Positions 10,132 through 20,424 are shown, numbered from the stretch's first letter. The stretch: DNA of 64,000 nt from an uncultured Bacilli bacterium (GCA_947627975.1 CANQYB010000002.1:4740-68739), one strand, 5' to 3'. Made by a program: numbers and translations. Notes: generated from the sequence alone by a model not told the origin.

Positions 10132-11492
10132 ATTATCACCTCTTTACCCTAAATGTTTTATTTTTTTCCCAATTAATTCCTATTGATTCTAATAATTCTA
10201 TTTTTTCTAAAGATAAATCATTATTTAGGTATTTATCGCGTTGTTCTTTTAACCATTTTCCTAAATTTAATTCATTAAAACTATAATCATCGCTTACTGC
10301 TAAATTTTGATTTAATTGAAAATATTGTAATGCATTAGTATAGTTTTTATACCAAATAAGTTCTTCTTGAGTATTACCTTTTTTATTTTCAATTTTTTTG
10401 GGATTTAGGCTATTTGTTTTTATATTTACATGCCATGTTATTCCAATATTATTTAATTTTATTACTTTTTCTTGACTCAAATTTTTAAAATTTTTAGCTT
10501 GATATTCAATCCACTCTCCAAGTTTTACTCCATCTACAACATAATTTTTTGGTATTTTTAAATTACCGTGTTCTTTGTAATATTTCTCTGCACATTTATA
10601 TTTTTCATCCCAGGTATAATTAACTTGCCAAATCATTCCAATACTATTTAATTTATCTATTTTTTCTTTACTTAATTTGTTTTCTTTTTTTAATTTACGT
10701 TGTCTAAAAATCCAATCTCCCAACAAAAAATTTTCTACCTTATAATTTACTGGGACTTTCAAATTACCATGTTCCTTATAATACTTTTTAGCAATTTTAT
10801 ATTTTTCATTCCATAAATCGTTTCTTGTTTTTTTCAAATTATCACCTCTTTACCCTAAATGTTTTATTTTTTTCCCAATTAATCTCTATTAATTCTAATA
10901 ATTCTATTTTTTCTAAAGATAAATCACTATTTTGGTATTTATTACGTTGTTCTTTTAACCATTTTCCCAAATTTAATTCATTAAAACTATAATCATCGCT
11001 TACTGCTAAATTTTGATTTAATTGAAAATATTGTAATGCATTAGTATAGTTTTTATACCAAATAAGTTCTTCTTGAGTATTAACTTTTTTATTTTCAATT
11101 TTTTTGGGATTTAGGCTATTTATTACCACATTTTCATGGCTTGTTATTCCAATATTATTTAATTTTATTACTTTTTTTTGACTCAAATTTTTAAAATTTT
11201 TCTTTTGATTTTCAATCCACTTGCCAAGTTTTACTCCATCTACAATATAATTTTTTGGTACTTCTAAATTACCGTATTCTTTATAATATTTTTCTGCATA
11301 CATGTAATTTTCATCCCAAGTATAATTAACTTGCCAAATCATTCCAATACTATTTAATTTATCTATTTTTTCTTTACTTAATTTATTTTTTTTATTTAAT
11401 TTACGTTGACTTCTTATCCATGCACCTAAGCAATAATCTTCATCTTTATAATAAATTGGTACTTTTAAATTACCGTGTTCTTTATAATATTT
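10081..11492. repeat. Tandem direct duplication of a ~706-bp unit (10081-10786 and 10787-11492)
   Basis: Direct alignment at a 706-nt offset: about 95% identity over the first ~340 bp of each unit and about 85-90% over the remainder. Each unit includes the stop/SD/TTG-start junction. Confidence 0.8.
10136..10837 (-). CDS. Stand-alone HA-repeat protein (three repeats), a tandem duplicate of the 3' end of the sigma gene; TTG start
   Basis: Three HA-like repeats. The C-terminal ~100 aa are about 95% identical to the C-terminus of the upstream sigma-HA protein, and the N-terminal 20 aa are identical to the downstream 274-aa protein. The same stop-in-SD junction is present. Confidence 0.6.
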   Translation of the reverse strand: MKKTRNDLWNEKYKIAKKYYKEHGNLKVPVNYKVENFLLGDWIFRQRKLKKENKLSKEKIDKLNSIGMIWQVNYTWDEKYKCAEKYYKEHGNLKIPKNYVVDGVKLGEWIEYQAKNFKNLSQEKVIKLNNIGITWHVNIKTNSLNPKKIENKKGNTQEELIWYKNYTNALQYFQLNQNLAVSDDYSFNELNLGKWLKEQRDKYLNNDLSLEKIELLESIGINWEKNKTFRVKR

Positions 11493-13613
11493 TTCTGCAC
11501 ATTTATAATTTTCATCCCAAGAATATAAAATTTGCCATTGCATTCCTAATTTATTTAACTTATTTATTTGATCATCAGTTAAATTTCCACTTTTTTTAAA
11601 TTTTCTTTGATCTGATAGCCAATCTCCTAACTTTCTTCCATTAACTTCATATTTTTGAGGAATATCTAAATTACCATACTTTTTATAATATTTTTCTGCA
11701 TACATGTAATTTTCATCCCAGCTATAATTAACTTGCCAAACCATTCCAATACTATTTAACTGTTCTATTTTTTCTTCACTTAATTTATTTTCTTTTTTTA
11801 ATTTACGTTGATGACTAATCCATGAACCTAGGCAATAATTATCTACTTCATAATCTATTGGTACTAATAAATCACCATATTTCTTATAATATTCATCAGC
11901 TTTTAAAAAAACTTCTTCCCATGTACATGGAATTTGCCATTGCATTCCTAATTTATTTAACTTATTTATTTGATCATCAGTTAACATTCCCTTTTTTCTT
12001 AATTTTCTTTGATTTGATAACCATTTGCGTAGCTTTCTTCCATTAACTTCATATTTTTGAGGAATATTTAAATCACCATGTTTTTTATAATATTTTTCAA
12101 CATCCATGTAATTTTCTTCCCAAAAATCATTAACTTGCCATTTCATTCCTAATTTATTTAACTGTTCTATTTTCCAATCTGTTAGTTTATTTTCTTTTTT
12201 TAAGTTACGTTGAGAATCAATCCACTCTCCAAGTTTTACTCCATCAACAATATAATTTATTGGGACATTTAAATTCCCACTTTCTTTGTAATAATTTATG
12301 GCTAGTTTATAATTTTCAGTCCATAAATTATTTTTATAATTTTCTTGTTGATAATTTTTTTCTTGTTTATTATTTTGTTTTTGTTTATCCTCATTAGTAT
12401 CGCTTATTTGTTGAATAATGTTTCCTTTAAAATTTTGTTTTTCATGAATATATCTTTTTAATTTACGTAGTGCCTTATATTCAATTTGTCTAATTCTTTC
12501 ACGTGTTACATTAAATCTTTTTCCAACGTCTTCTAAAGTATATTCGATACCATCAATAAGTCCAAATCTAAGTTCTATTACTCCTTTTTCTCTTTCATCT
12601 AAACGGTTAAGTACTTCTTTAACTTGAGCTTTTAGTACATCATTAATAGCTTTTTCTTCAGGATTAATATTTGAGTCGTCAGGTATAACATCACCAAAAC
12701 GCGAATCATCTTCACCAATTGGTGATTCAAGTGATATTGGATCTTGAGATATTCTCATTACTTCTTTAACTTTATCAACGGAAATACCCATTTTTTTAGC
12801 AATCTCTTTTTCACTTGGTTCTCTTTTTAACTCTAAAGCCATTTGTCTTTGTATAGTATTTACTTTATTAATAATTTCTACCATGTGTATGGGAACACGA
12901 ATAGTTTTCCCCTTATCAGATATAGCACGAGTTATTGCTTGTTTAATCCACCAAGTAGCATATGTTGAAAATTTATATCCCTTTTCATAATCATATTTAT
13001 CCAAAGCTTTAATTAACCCACAATTTCCTTCTTGAATTAAATCTAGAAATGATAATGAACTTCTTCCTACATATTTTTTGGCAAAAGAAACTACTAATTT
13101 TAAATTGGAATCAATAAATTTTTTTCGAGCAATTTTATCACCATTTGCAATTTTTTTTGCTAATTCTTTTTCTTCTTCTTGACTCAACAAAGGATACTTA
13201 TTTATCTCTTGTAAATATATTCTTACTGAATCATAAATTTGATTATTATAACTTTCATAAAAATTAATTATTTTATCATCAAATGTATTTTCTACCGTAA
13301 TATTATTAATAAGACAATAAGCATCAATTAAATTTTTAGCAATTGAATTTTCAAATATTGTATTTGATTTATCATTTTTTATATTATTTAAATTTTTTTC
13401 AACAACGATTTTTAAAATATATTTTAACGTATTATGACTATTTACTAAATTTATATATAATTCTATATCATCAACAATACTTGTATTTAATTTAATTTCA
13501 TATTCAATAATTTTACAAATATCCATCAAATATTTATAATTTAGTTTGTAACTTGAATCTATCTTACAGTTATTGTCAATATAATCAAATATGCTTTTAC
13601 TAAAACTATCCAT
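10842..13613 (-). CDS. Group-1/2-type sigma-70 (RpoD-like, regions 1.2-4.2) fused to about seven C-terminal HA-domain repeats
   Basis: Residues 1-~400 carry the sigma regions: [26 protein letters not shown] (r1.2), [41 protein letters not shown] (r2), RVPIHMVE (r3), [29 protein letters not shown] (r4.2). Residues ~430-923 are seven ~65-aa repeats of the form W.ENY..AEKYYK.HGNL.IP..Y.V.G.KLG.WI..QR. Total 923 aa. Confidence 0.8.
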   Translation of the reverse strand: MDSFSKSIFDYIDNNCKIDSSYKLNYKYLMDICKIIEYEIKLNTSIVDDIELYINLVNSHNTLKYILKIVVEKNLNNIKNDKSNTIFENSIAKNLIDAYCLINNITVENTFDDKIINFYESYNNQIYDSVRIYLQEINKYPLLSQEEEKELAKKIANGDKIARKKFIDSNLKLVVSFAKKYVGRSSLSFLDLIQEGNCGLIKALDKYDYEKGYKFSTYATWWIKQAITRAISDKGKTIRVPIHMVEIINKVNTIQRQMALELKREPSEKEIAKKMGISVDKVKEVMRISQDPISLESPIGEDDSRFGDVIPDDSNINPEEKAINDVLKAQVKEVLNRLDEREKGVIELRFGLIDGIEYTLEDVGKRFNVTRERIRQIEYKALRKLKRYIHEKQNFKGNIIQQISDTNEDKQKQNNKQEKNYQQENYKNNLWTENYKLAINYYKESGNLNVPINYIVDGVKLGEWIDSQRNLKKENKLTDWKIEQLNKLGMKWQVNDFWEENYMDVEKYYKKHGDLNIPQKYEVNGRKLRKWLSNQRKLRKKGMLTDDQINKLNKLGMQWQIPCTWEEVFLKADEYYKKYGDLLVPIDYEVDNYCLGSWISHQRKLKKENKLSEEKIEQLNSIGMVWQVNYSWDENYMYAEKYYKKYGNLDIPQKYEVNGRKLGDWLSDQRKFKKSGNLTDDQINKLNKLGMQWQILYSWDENYKCAEKYYKEHGNLKVPIYYKDEDYCLGAWIRSQRKLNKKNKLSKEKIDKLNSIGMIWQVNYTWDENYMYAEKYYKEYGNLEVPKNYIVDGVKLGKWIENQKKNFKNLSQKKVIKLNNIGITSHENVVINSLNPKKIENKKVNTQEELIWYKNYTNALQYFQLNQNLAVSDDYSFNELNLGKWLKEQRNKYQNSDLSLEKIELLELIEINWEKNKTFRVKR

Positions 13614-13633
13614 TATATAACCCCCAAAAAATT

Positions 13634-13661
13634 ACTAATAGGTATTATATCATTTTTTTTT
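13634..13661 (-). promoter_or_regulatory. Near-consensus sigma-A promoter with extended -10 driving the sigma-HA operon
   Basis: Minus-strand read: TTGAAA, a 16-nt spacer, then TGATATAAT, followed by a GGGGGT Shine-Dalgarno and the ATG at 13613. Confidence 0.5.
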
Positions 13662-13712
13662 GGTTTTTCAACTATTTTTAAAAAAACAAAATAAAAAAAA
13701 TTGCTTTATTTA

Positions 13713-14495
13713 TTATAAATTATTAGCAATTTCTATGAAAATTTCTATAGATATTTCTTCCGCCCTAACATTTTCATTAAATCCATATTTTTTAAGTACA
13801 TCTTGTATTTTTTTATAATTAAAATTTTTAATATTATTTTTCAACGTTTTTCTTTTTTGTGTAAATGATTCATTAACTAATTTAAAAAATAATTCTTCGT
13901 TTTTTAAATAAAATTTTTTCTTTTTAGGCGTAAATTTAACAATAGCACTATCAACACTTGGCATGGGATAAAAATTACTTTTATTAACATCAAAAAGTTT
14001 TTCAACATCAAAATAATAATTCAAAAAAATAGTTAACGAATTATATTGTTTTGTTTTTACTTTTGCAGTAAAACGATCAGCAACTTCTTTTTGAACCATA
14101 AGAATAATTTCATTTATATTTAAATCTAAATTAATAATTTTTTTAATAATTGGTGTTGTTATATAATAGGGAATATTAGCAATAAAAGAAACTTTATCAT
14201 AATTTATTGAATTTATATCTTCTAAAATATTACTAGTCATAAAATCACTATATATAATTTTGGTGTTTTTATCTTTTATATTATCTAAAAATAATTTTGT
14301 ATCTTTATCAATTTCATAACATATTATTTTTTTATTTAATTTTTTTAAATGTTTAGTAAGCATTCCAGACCCTGGACCTATTTCAATTATTAAGTTATTA
14401 GTACTAACATTTATATTATTTATAATTTTTTCAATTATTTTATCATTATTTATAAAATTTTGTCCAAATTTCTTTTTAAATTTAAATTTTTCCAT
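13713..14495 (-). CDS. rsmA: 16S rRNA (adenine1518/1519-N6)-dimethyltransferase
   Basis: FGQNFL..IIEIGPGSG..NIPY motifs of KsgA/RsmA. Confidence 0.9.
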   Translation of the reverse strand: MEKFKFKKKFGQNFINNDKIIEKIINNINVSTNNLIIEIGPGSGMLTKHLKKLNKKIICYEIDKDTKLFLDNIKDKNTKIIYSDFMTSNILEDINSINYDKVSFIANIPYYITTPIIKKIINLDLNINEIILMVQKEVADRFTAKVKTKQYNSLTIFLNYYFDVEKLFDVNKSNFYPMPSVDSAIVKFTPKKKKFYLKNEELFFKLVNESFTQKRKTLKNNIKNFNYKKIQDVLKKYGFNENVRAEEISIEIFIEIANNL

Positions 14496-14513
14496 AATAC
14501 AAAAAAGTGCTAA

Positions 14514-15083
14514 TTAAACACTTTGCCATCCATTTCTTAAAATTTCGTAATTGATGTTACTACTTCCGACATCTTTTTTAGCTATACTTGTATTTTCAAC
14601 TAGTAAATCAAGCGTGTTTCCAGATACTCCTCTATCTAATACAATTGCAATTACCGGTTCACTAGATATAGAATCTTTTTTAAACCTAACAATTGTTCCA
14701 CAAGAGTATTTTTTTGATGAAGCAACAATTCTAATATTACCAAATTGTGAATCATTATAGTATACATTGCCATTTGATAAATCTATAGAAGAATCACAAG
14801 CAAGATGTCCTCCACAACTTGGACAATTATAAACATAGCCAGTAAGTTTTCCTTTTACTGTGTTTTCTAAAGTATTTGTATTATTACTATTTTCTGAATT
14901 ATATTCTTCTTTGACAATTTTTTCTGACATAAGTTTCATAGCATTTAAATCTAACGACTTATTTAAATTAGAATTTTCAACTTTACTTAAGCTGCTAGAA
15001 GAATTTATTTCTACAACCAAAAGTAAAGATAAAACTAAAGAAAACTGAATAGTTTTTAAAACATATTTTGCAATTTTTTTCAT
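14514..15083 (-). CDS. Secreted 3D-domain protein (short YabE/YuiC-like)
   Basis: Signal peptide, then a C-terminal 3D-like region (YSCGTIVRF...VIAIVLDRG); it occupies the yabE position between tatD and ksgA. Confidence 0.45.
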   Translation of the reverse strand: MKKIAKYVLKTIQFSLVLSLLLVVEINSSSSLSKVENSNLNKSLDLNAMKLMSEKIVKEEYNSENSNNTNTLENTVKGKLTGYVYNCPSCGGHLACDSSIDLSNGNVYYNDSQFGNIRIVASSKKYSCGTIVRFKKDSISSEPVIAIVLDRGVSGNTLDLLVENTSIAKKDVGSSNINYEILRNGWQSV

Positions 15084-15127
15084 GTTTCACCTCAAATTTT
15101 CTATGTTTTATTATACCATAATAGATC

Positions 15128-15895
15128 TTATATGTCAAAAATTCGACTTATATTATCATTTGTAATCTTTGCCAATTTTTGAGGAGTAATATTATATAAA
15201 TCACACAAAAATAATGCTATATTATAAATATTTTTAGGTTCATTTTTTTGCCCTCTAAATGGTTCTGGAGTTAAATAAGGACTGTCAGTTTCTAGAACAA
15301 TATTTTCTAGCGAAATTTTTGTTAATACTTCTTTTAACTTACAATTTTTAAAAGTGACAATTCCATTTACACCTAGTAAATACCCCATTTTAATATAAAT
15401 TTTAGCAGTTTCTATACTTCCTGAAAATGAATGTATAATACCTTTAACATTATATTTTTTTAAAATCTTTATTGTATCCTCTGTAGCGTCCCTTGAATGA
15501 ATCACAACTGGTATTTGAAATTTTTCAGCAAGTTTTAATTGATATTCAAAAATTTCTTTTTGTTTTATTTTATCAATATCCTCGTAATGATAATCTAACC
15601 CAATTTCTCCTATACCAATTATTTTATTTTCATTTATATTTTTTTCTAAAAACAATAAATCATCTTTATTTAAATTTTTTAATTCTGATGGATGAATTCC
15701 AATTACTCCATACATTTCAGGAATTTTTTTTACATAATCCAATATTTCTATATTAGAATTATTATTTATTCCACTATTTATAAATCTATTTACCTTAAAT
15801 TTTTTAGCATTTTTAATTACATTTAAAATATTTTCAAAATTTTCATATTCATCTTTTAAAAGATGACAATGTGTATCTGTAAACATTAATATCAC
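15128..15895 (-). CDS. tatD: TatD-family metal-dependent DNase/hydrolase
   Basis: Begins FTDTHCHL; GEIGLDYH and VVIHSRDA motifs; 255 aa. Confidence 0.85.
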   Translation of the reverse strand: MILMFTDTHCHLLKDEYENFENILNVIKNAKKFKVNRFINSGINNNSNIEILDYVKKIPEMYGVIGIHPSELKNLNKDDLLFLEKNINENKIIGIGEIGLDYHYEDIDKIKQKEIFEYQLKLAEKFQIPVVIHSRDATEDTIKILKKYNVKGIIHSFSGSIETAKIYIKMGYLLGVNGIVTFKNCKLKEVLTKISLENIVLETDSPYLTPEPFRGQKNEPKNIYNIALFLCDLYNITPQKLAKITNDNISRIFDI

Positions 15896-15941
15896 CTATA
15901 ATGATTATATTAACATTAAATAATTTATGCAACTTAAAAAA

Positions 15942-16466
15942 CTATATATCCAATTTAGAGCTTATAAGCAAAGAAATAAATTTCATTAATATTTTAAATT
16001 CGTTATCAATTTTATTATCACTTAATAAAATAATTACTCCCATACTATCACTACCTGAAATAATTGGAAAAATTGAATAATACATATTTGGTTTATAATC
16101 GCTTGTAATTTCTAAACTTTCGCTGTATTCTGATGTAATATTTTTTCTTTCATTTAATAAATCTATTATTTTATTAGAAATTAACTTGTTATTTATTTCA
16201 TCATAAATATTAACTGTAGCAATTATTTTATCTCTATCTGTAACAATAATTTTTTCGTTAGTTAAATCTCCCAATAATTCCGTAATATTTTTTACATAAG
16301 TTAAAGCATCTTCCATTTTAGAATATTTTTTTAATATTATTGATGATTCATCAATAAAAATTTCCATATTTTCTCCATCTCTTATTTTCAAATTACGTCG
16401 AATTTCTTTAGGAATAACTAAACGTCCTAATTCATCGATTCTCCTTATTATACCAGTTGCTTTCAA
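15942..16466 (-). CDS. spoVT: Stage V sporulation protein T (AbrB-N domain plus GAF-like C-terminus)
   Basis: MKATGIIRRIDELGRLVIPKEIRRNLKIRDGENMEIFIDE is near-identical to the SpoVT N-terminus; 174 aa. Confidence 0.8.
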   Translation of the reverse strand: MKATGIIRRIDELGRLVIPKEIRRNLKIRDGENMEIFIDESSIILKKYSKMEDALTYVKNITELLGDLTNEKIIVTDRDKIIATVNIYDEINNKLISNKIIDLLNERKNITSEYSESLEITSDYKPNMYYSIFPIISGSDSMGVIILLSDNKIDNEFKILMKFISLLISSKLDI

Positions 16467-16578
16467 AATAAAACACTTCCATTCTAGTAATATTTTGTTT
16501 ATTTTTTATTTTCTTATTCAAAATTTAATATATTTTCACTTATAATGTTATTATAAAGTAAAAAAACAATATTATTAT

Positions 16579-16606
16579 TGACAATTTTTACCAACATAAC
16601 TATACT
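16579..16606 (+). promoter_or_regulatory. Sigma-A-type promoter upstream of ppa
   Basis: TTGACA, a 16-nt spacer, then TATACT, about 25 nt before the ppa RBS. Confidence 0.4.
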
Positions 16607-16629
16607 AATAAAAAAAGAAATAAAAGAAA

Positions 16630-17127
16630 GTGATGAAAATGATAGTAGAAGCATTGATAGAAATTCCTTATGGAACAAGAAATAAATATGAAATTGATAA
16701 AAAAAATAATAGAATTAAACTTGATAGAGTATTATATTCAAGCGTAACATATCCTGCAGAATATGGATATATTGAAAATACTTTAGCAGGTGATGGAGAT
16801 GCTTTAGATATTTTAGTTTTATCAAGTTCTGCGACATTTCCTGGTTGCATAGTAGATGCAAGAGTAGTAGGTTATTTAGATATGATTGATAAAGGTCAAA
16901 ATGATCAAAAAGTAATTGCTGTTTGTGCTAATGATCCACGATACAATCACATCCAAACCTTAGAAGATATACCACTACATACAAAAAAAGAAATAAAAGA
17001 ATTTTTTAATACTTATAAAGATTTGCAAAACATTGAAGTTAAAATTGGAGACTTTCATAATTTAGAAGAAGCAATTAATTTAATAGAAAAATGTAAACAA
17101 AATTATTTAAAAAATTTAAATAATTAA
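16630..17127 (+). CDS. ppa: Inorganic pyrophosphatase (family I)
   Basis: YPAEYGYI and DGDALDIL motifs of family I PPase; 165 aa. Confidence 0.9.
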   Translation: MMKMIVEALIEIPYGTRNKYEIDKKNNRIKLDRVLYSSVTYPAEYGYIENTLAGDGDALDILVLSSSATFPGCIVDARVVGYLDMIDKGQNDQKVIAVCANDPRYNHIQTLEDIPLHTKKEIKEFFNTYKDLQNIEVKIGDFHNLEEAINLIEKCKQNYLKNLNN

Positions 17128-17169
17128 TTTAAACTTATCATATAAATTTAATAATTCAATAAAAATTAA

Positions 17170-17198
17170 AAAAATTAACTTAATTAAGTTAATTTTTT
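17170..17198. terminator. Bidirectional terminator-like perfect palindrome between ppa and mfd
   Basis: AAAAAATTAACTTAATTAAGTTAATTTTTT: a perfect 15+15 palindrome with A/T runs on both sides, between convergent genes. Confidence 0.45.
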
Positions 17199-20100
17199 AT
17201 TTCCCGGGAAATAATTTTATAAATAATTCTATTAAATAATATATATAATGTTTTTCTAAATTATTTAAATATAATTTAATATAAATTTTTTTAAATTTGT
17301 AAGAAATATTAAAATTTCTAGTTAAATTTGAAGTTATAATTAATAATTTATCACCAGCAATTTCATTACTAATTTTTTCTGGTAATTCTATTTCTATATA
17401 ATCATCTTTTTGAATAATTTTTTCTATAAAATTTTGCTTAGCTATTTTTTCAAACCATTCTTCATGCATATAAATATTTAGTTCTTCATCTATTTTTCCA
17501 AATCTATCTTCTATTTCATTTTTAACATTTAATAATGATTCATAAGAATTAATTTCATTAATTTTTTTATGTAATTCAATTTTTATTTTTTCATCATCTA
17601 TATAAGTATCTTTAATATGAGTATTAACATTTAATAAAGATTGACTAGTATAATCAATTTCATCCACTTCTAATCCTTGTATTTTTTTCATTTCGTTATT
17701 TACCATTTTTATATATAATTCTAATCCCACACTATCTATGTATCCTGCTTGTTGGCTTCCTAAAATATCTCCAGCTCCTCTAATAGCAATATCTCTCATT
17801 GCTATTTTATAACCACTTCCTAATTCGGTAAATTCTTTAATTGCTTGTAATCTTTTAACAGCAATATCATTCAACATTTTATTTTTATTGTATAAAAAAT
17901 ATGCATAAGCAATTTTATCACTACGTCCAACTCTTCCTCTAATTTGATAAAGTTGTGCCAGTCCAAAATAATCGGCATTATAAATAATTAACGTATTAGT
18001 ATTAGGTATATCAATTCCCGTTTCTATAATTGTTGTACAAATTAAAATATCATATTTGTATTCAATAAAATCTTGCATTATATTTTCTAATTCATTTTTA
18101 GTCATCCTACCGTGAGCAAAAACAATTCTAGCTTCTGGAACTAATTTTTTTATTTCACTTACTTTTTTTTCAATATTTTTTATATTATTATATAAAATAA
18201 ACACTTGGCCTTTTCTAGATAATTCTTTGTAAATTGCATCTTTAATAAGTAAATCATTTTCTTTTATAACATAAGTTTGTATTGGATATCTATTTATAGG
18301 AGGAGTATCAATAATTGATAAATCCCTAAGACCTGAAATAGCCATTTTTAATGTTCGTGGTATAGGTGTTGCAGTTAATGTTAAAACATTTAAATTTGCT
18401 TTTAATTTCTTTATTTTTTCTTTATGAACAACGCCAAATCTTTGTTCTTCATCAATTATTAAAAGACCAATTTTTTTAAAGGTAACATCATTACTTAATA
18501 ATCTATGGGTTCCAAATACTAAATCTATTTTTCCTGTTTTTATTTCATTTATTATTTCTTTTTGTCTTTTTTGACTTACAAATCTGTTTAATAAAGCAAC
18601 ATTTATACCATATTTTGCAAACCTTTTTACTGCCAATTTAAATTGTTGAGTAGATAAAATAGTAGTTGGACATAAATAAGCAACTTGATACCCATTAAGT
18701 ATTGTTTTAAAAATTCCCCTAAAAGCAACTTCAGTTTTTCCAAATCCAACATCACCACATAATAAACGATCCATGGGAATATCACTATGCAAATCATTAA
18801 AAATATCATCTATAGCCTTTTTTTGATCTATTGTTAATTCATATTCAAAATCTTCGGCAAATAATTTTTCCTCGGGAAAATCTATATATTTTGGACTTTT
18901 TGTAGATTTGCGTTTTGCATAAATATTTAGTAATTCTTGAGAAATATCTTTTATTTTTTTACTTAAATTTTGTTTTGTCTTATACCAAGTACTTGATGAT
19001 AATGAATTAATTTTTGGAACATTCCCATCCTTATCAGAATATTTAAAAATAGAGTCAATTTTTTCTACGGGAACATATATTTTATCATTATTTTTATAAA
19101 TAATTTGTAAATAATCTTTAGGTATTCCACTTTTAGTTAAAGTCTTAATTCCATTATAAATTCCTATTCCAAAATTGTAATGAACAACATAATCTCCTAA
19201 ATTTAATTCTGCATAATCTTTAATTTTTCTACCTATTTTATATATGTTTCTATAATTAGTTTTTTTAATTTCTATTTTTTCAATATCATATGGTGATATT
19301 AAAATATAATTATTAATTTCAAAACCTTTATTGATATCACTATAAATCAAATTAATTTTATTTTCATTTATATCATTTAAATTAGTAACTATCAAATTAT
19401 CAGAAAAAATATTTTTTAAAATATTATTCTGTTGTTGATTAAATGTTGATAAAATAACTGTTTTACCATTTTCAATGCTTTTTATTACACTATTTTTTAA
19501 TAGTTCAAAATTCCCATAAAAATTATTAATTTCTTTACTGTTATAAATTACATTTTCTATTTTATTATATTTATTATCACAAAAACCTGATAAATAAGTA
19601 AAATCTTTAATTATAATTTCTTGAAATTCATACATAAATTTAGTATTATCATTTATATTTTCTTTTTCTTTATAATTGATTATTTCTCTTTCTAAATTTA
19701 TATTTGCTTCATAAATTTGATTATAATTTATAAAAAAAGTGTAAGGATTATTTAAATATTCAAATAAACTATTGTGTTTTTCTAAATTATTTTCATTAAA
19801 ATTTTCTAATGTGATTTTTTCTATTTTATTAGTTGATAATTGAGTATCAGTATTAAAATATTTTATTGTTTCAATAATATTTCCAAAAAATTCAATCCTA
19901 ATTGGTTTTTCTTCAAAAGGCATAAAAATATCTATAATAAATCCTCGAGATGCATATTCGCCAGTTGATGTAACAATGGATTCTTTCTTATAACCTAATT
20001 CTTCAATTTTTTTTAATAAATCATTTTTATTTATTTCCTGATTTATAGAAATCGTATACTTATCATTTTTTATAGGTGGTAAATATTTTAAATATCCCAT

Positions 20101-20424
20101 TAAATTTGTTACTATAATAATATTATTTAATTTATCAATTTTATCTAAAGTTTCTAATCTTTTTACTTTAAGTTCAGGAGAAGTCGCTAAAGCCATAAAA
20201 TTAATAAAATCATCCATTGGAAATAAATAAACATCCTCATATATGTTTTTTATATTTTCATAATATTTATTTGCTTCAAATAATGTAGAAGTAATAACTA
20301 AAGAATTTGATTTGTTTTTTTTATGTTTTTCAACAATGTAAAAAGAGTTTAACTCATTTGTTAAACCAACTACATTAATGTTATTTTCATAATTAAAAAA
20401 ATTTAAAAATTTCATAAAAATCAC
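17197..20424 (-). CDS. mfd: Transcription-repair coupling factor
   Basis: 1075 aa; a UvrB-homology N-terminus, the RNAP-interaction domain, a superfamily-2 helicase core (GFGKTEVA, DEEQRFG) and a TRCF C-terminus. Confidence 0.9.
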   Translation of the reverse strand: MIFMKFLNFFNYENNINVVGLTNELNSFYIVEKHKKNKSNSLVITSTLFEANKYYENIKNIYEDVYLFPMDDFINFMALATSPELKVKRLETLDKIDKLNNIIIVTNLMGYLKYLPPIKNDKYTISINQEINKNDLLKKIEELGYKKESIVTSTGEYASRGFIIDIFMPFEEKPIRIEFFGNIIETIKYFNTDTQLSTNKIEKITLENFNENNLEKHNSLFEYLNNPYTFFINYNQIYEANINLEREIINYKEKENINDNTKFMYEFQEIIIKDFTYLSGFCDNKYNKIENVIYNSKEINNFYGNFELLKNSVIKSIENGKTVILSTFNQQQNNILKNIFSDNLIVTNLNDINENKINLIYSDINKGFEINNYILISPYDIEKIEIKKTNYRNIYKIGRKIKDYAELNLGDYVVHYNFGIGIYNGIKTLTKSGIPKDYLQIIYKNNDKIYVPVEKIDSIFKYSDKDGNVPKINSLSSSTWYKTKQNLSKKIKDISQELLNIYAKRKSTKSPKYIDFPEEKLFAEDFEYELTIDQKKAIDDIFNDLHSDIPMDRLLCGDVGFGKTEVAFRGIFKTILNGYQVAYLCPTTILSTQQFKLAVKRFAKYGINVALLNRFVSQKRQKEIINEIKTGKIDLVFGTHRLLSNDVTFKKIGLLIIDEEQRFGVVHKEKIKKLKANLNVLTLTATPIPRTLKMAISGLRDLSIIDTPPINRYPIQTYVIKENDLLIKDAIYKELSRKGQVFILYNNIKNIEKKVSEIKKLVPEARIVFAHGRMTKNELENIMQDFIEYKYDILICTTIIETGIDIPNTNTLIIYNADYFGLAQLYQIRGRVGRSDKIAYAYFLYNKNKMLNDIAVKRLQAIKEFTELGSGYKIAMRDIAIRGAGDILGSQQAGYIDSVGLELYIKMVNNEMKKIQGLEVDEIDYTSQSLLNVNTHIKDTYIDDEKIKIELHKKINEINSYESLLNVKNEIEDRFGKIDEELNIYMHEEWFEKIAKQNFIEKIIQKDDYIEIELPEKISNEIAGDKLLIITSNLTRNFNISYKFKKIYIKLYLNNLEKHYIYYLIELFIKLFPGK

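Noticed and set aside
11822-12046. A 74-aa plus-strand ORF, with similar antisense ORFs at 14551-14760, 14860-15048, 15493-15756, 24107-24370, 26868-27086, 30279-30536, 32553-32810, 33216-33662, 39046-39273, 41624-41821, 42299-42553, 49087-49317 and 57929-58144
   Set aside because: All lie antisense to, or nested in, strongly supported conserved genes. They are rich in Leu/Ile/Phe/Lys, as expected from AT-rich antisense translation, and have no RBS or motif. Treated as spurious.
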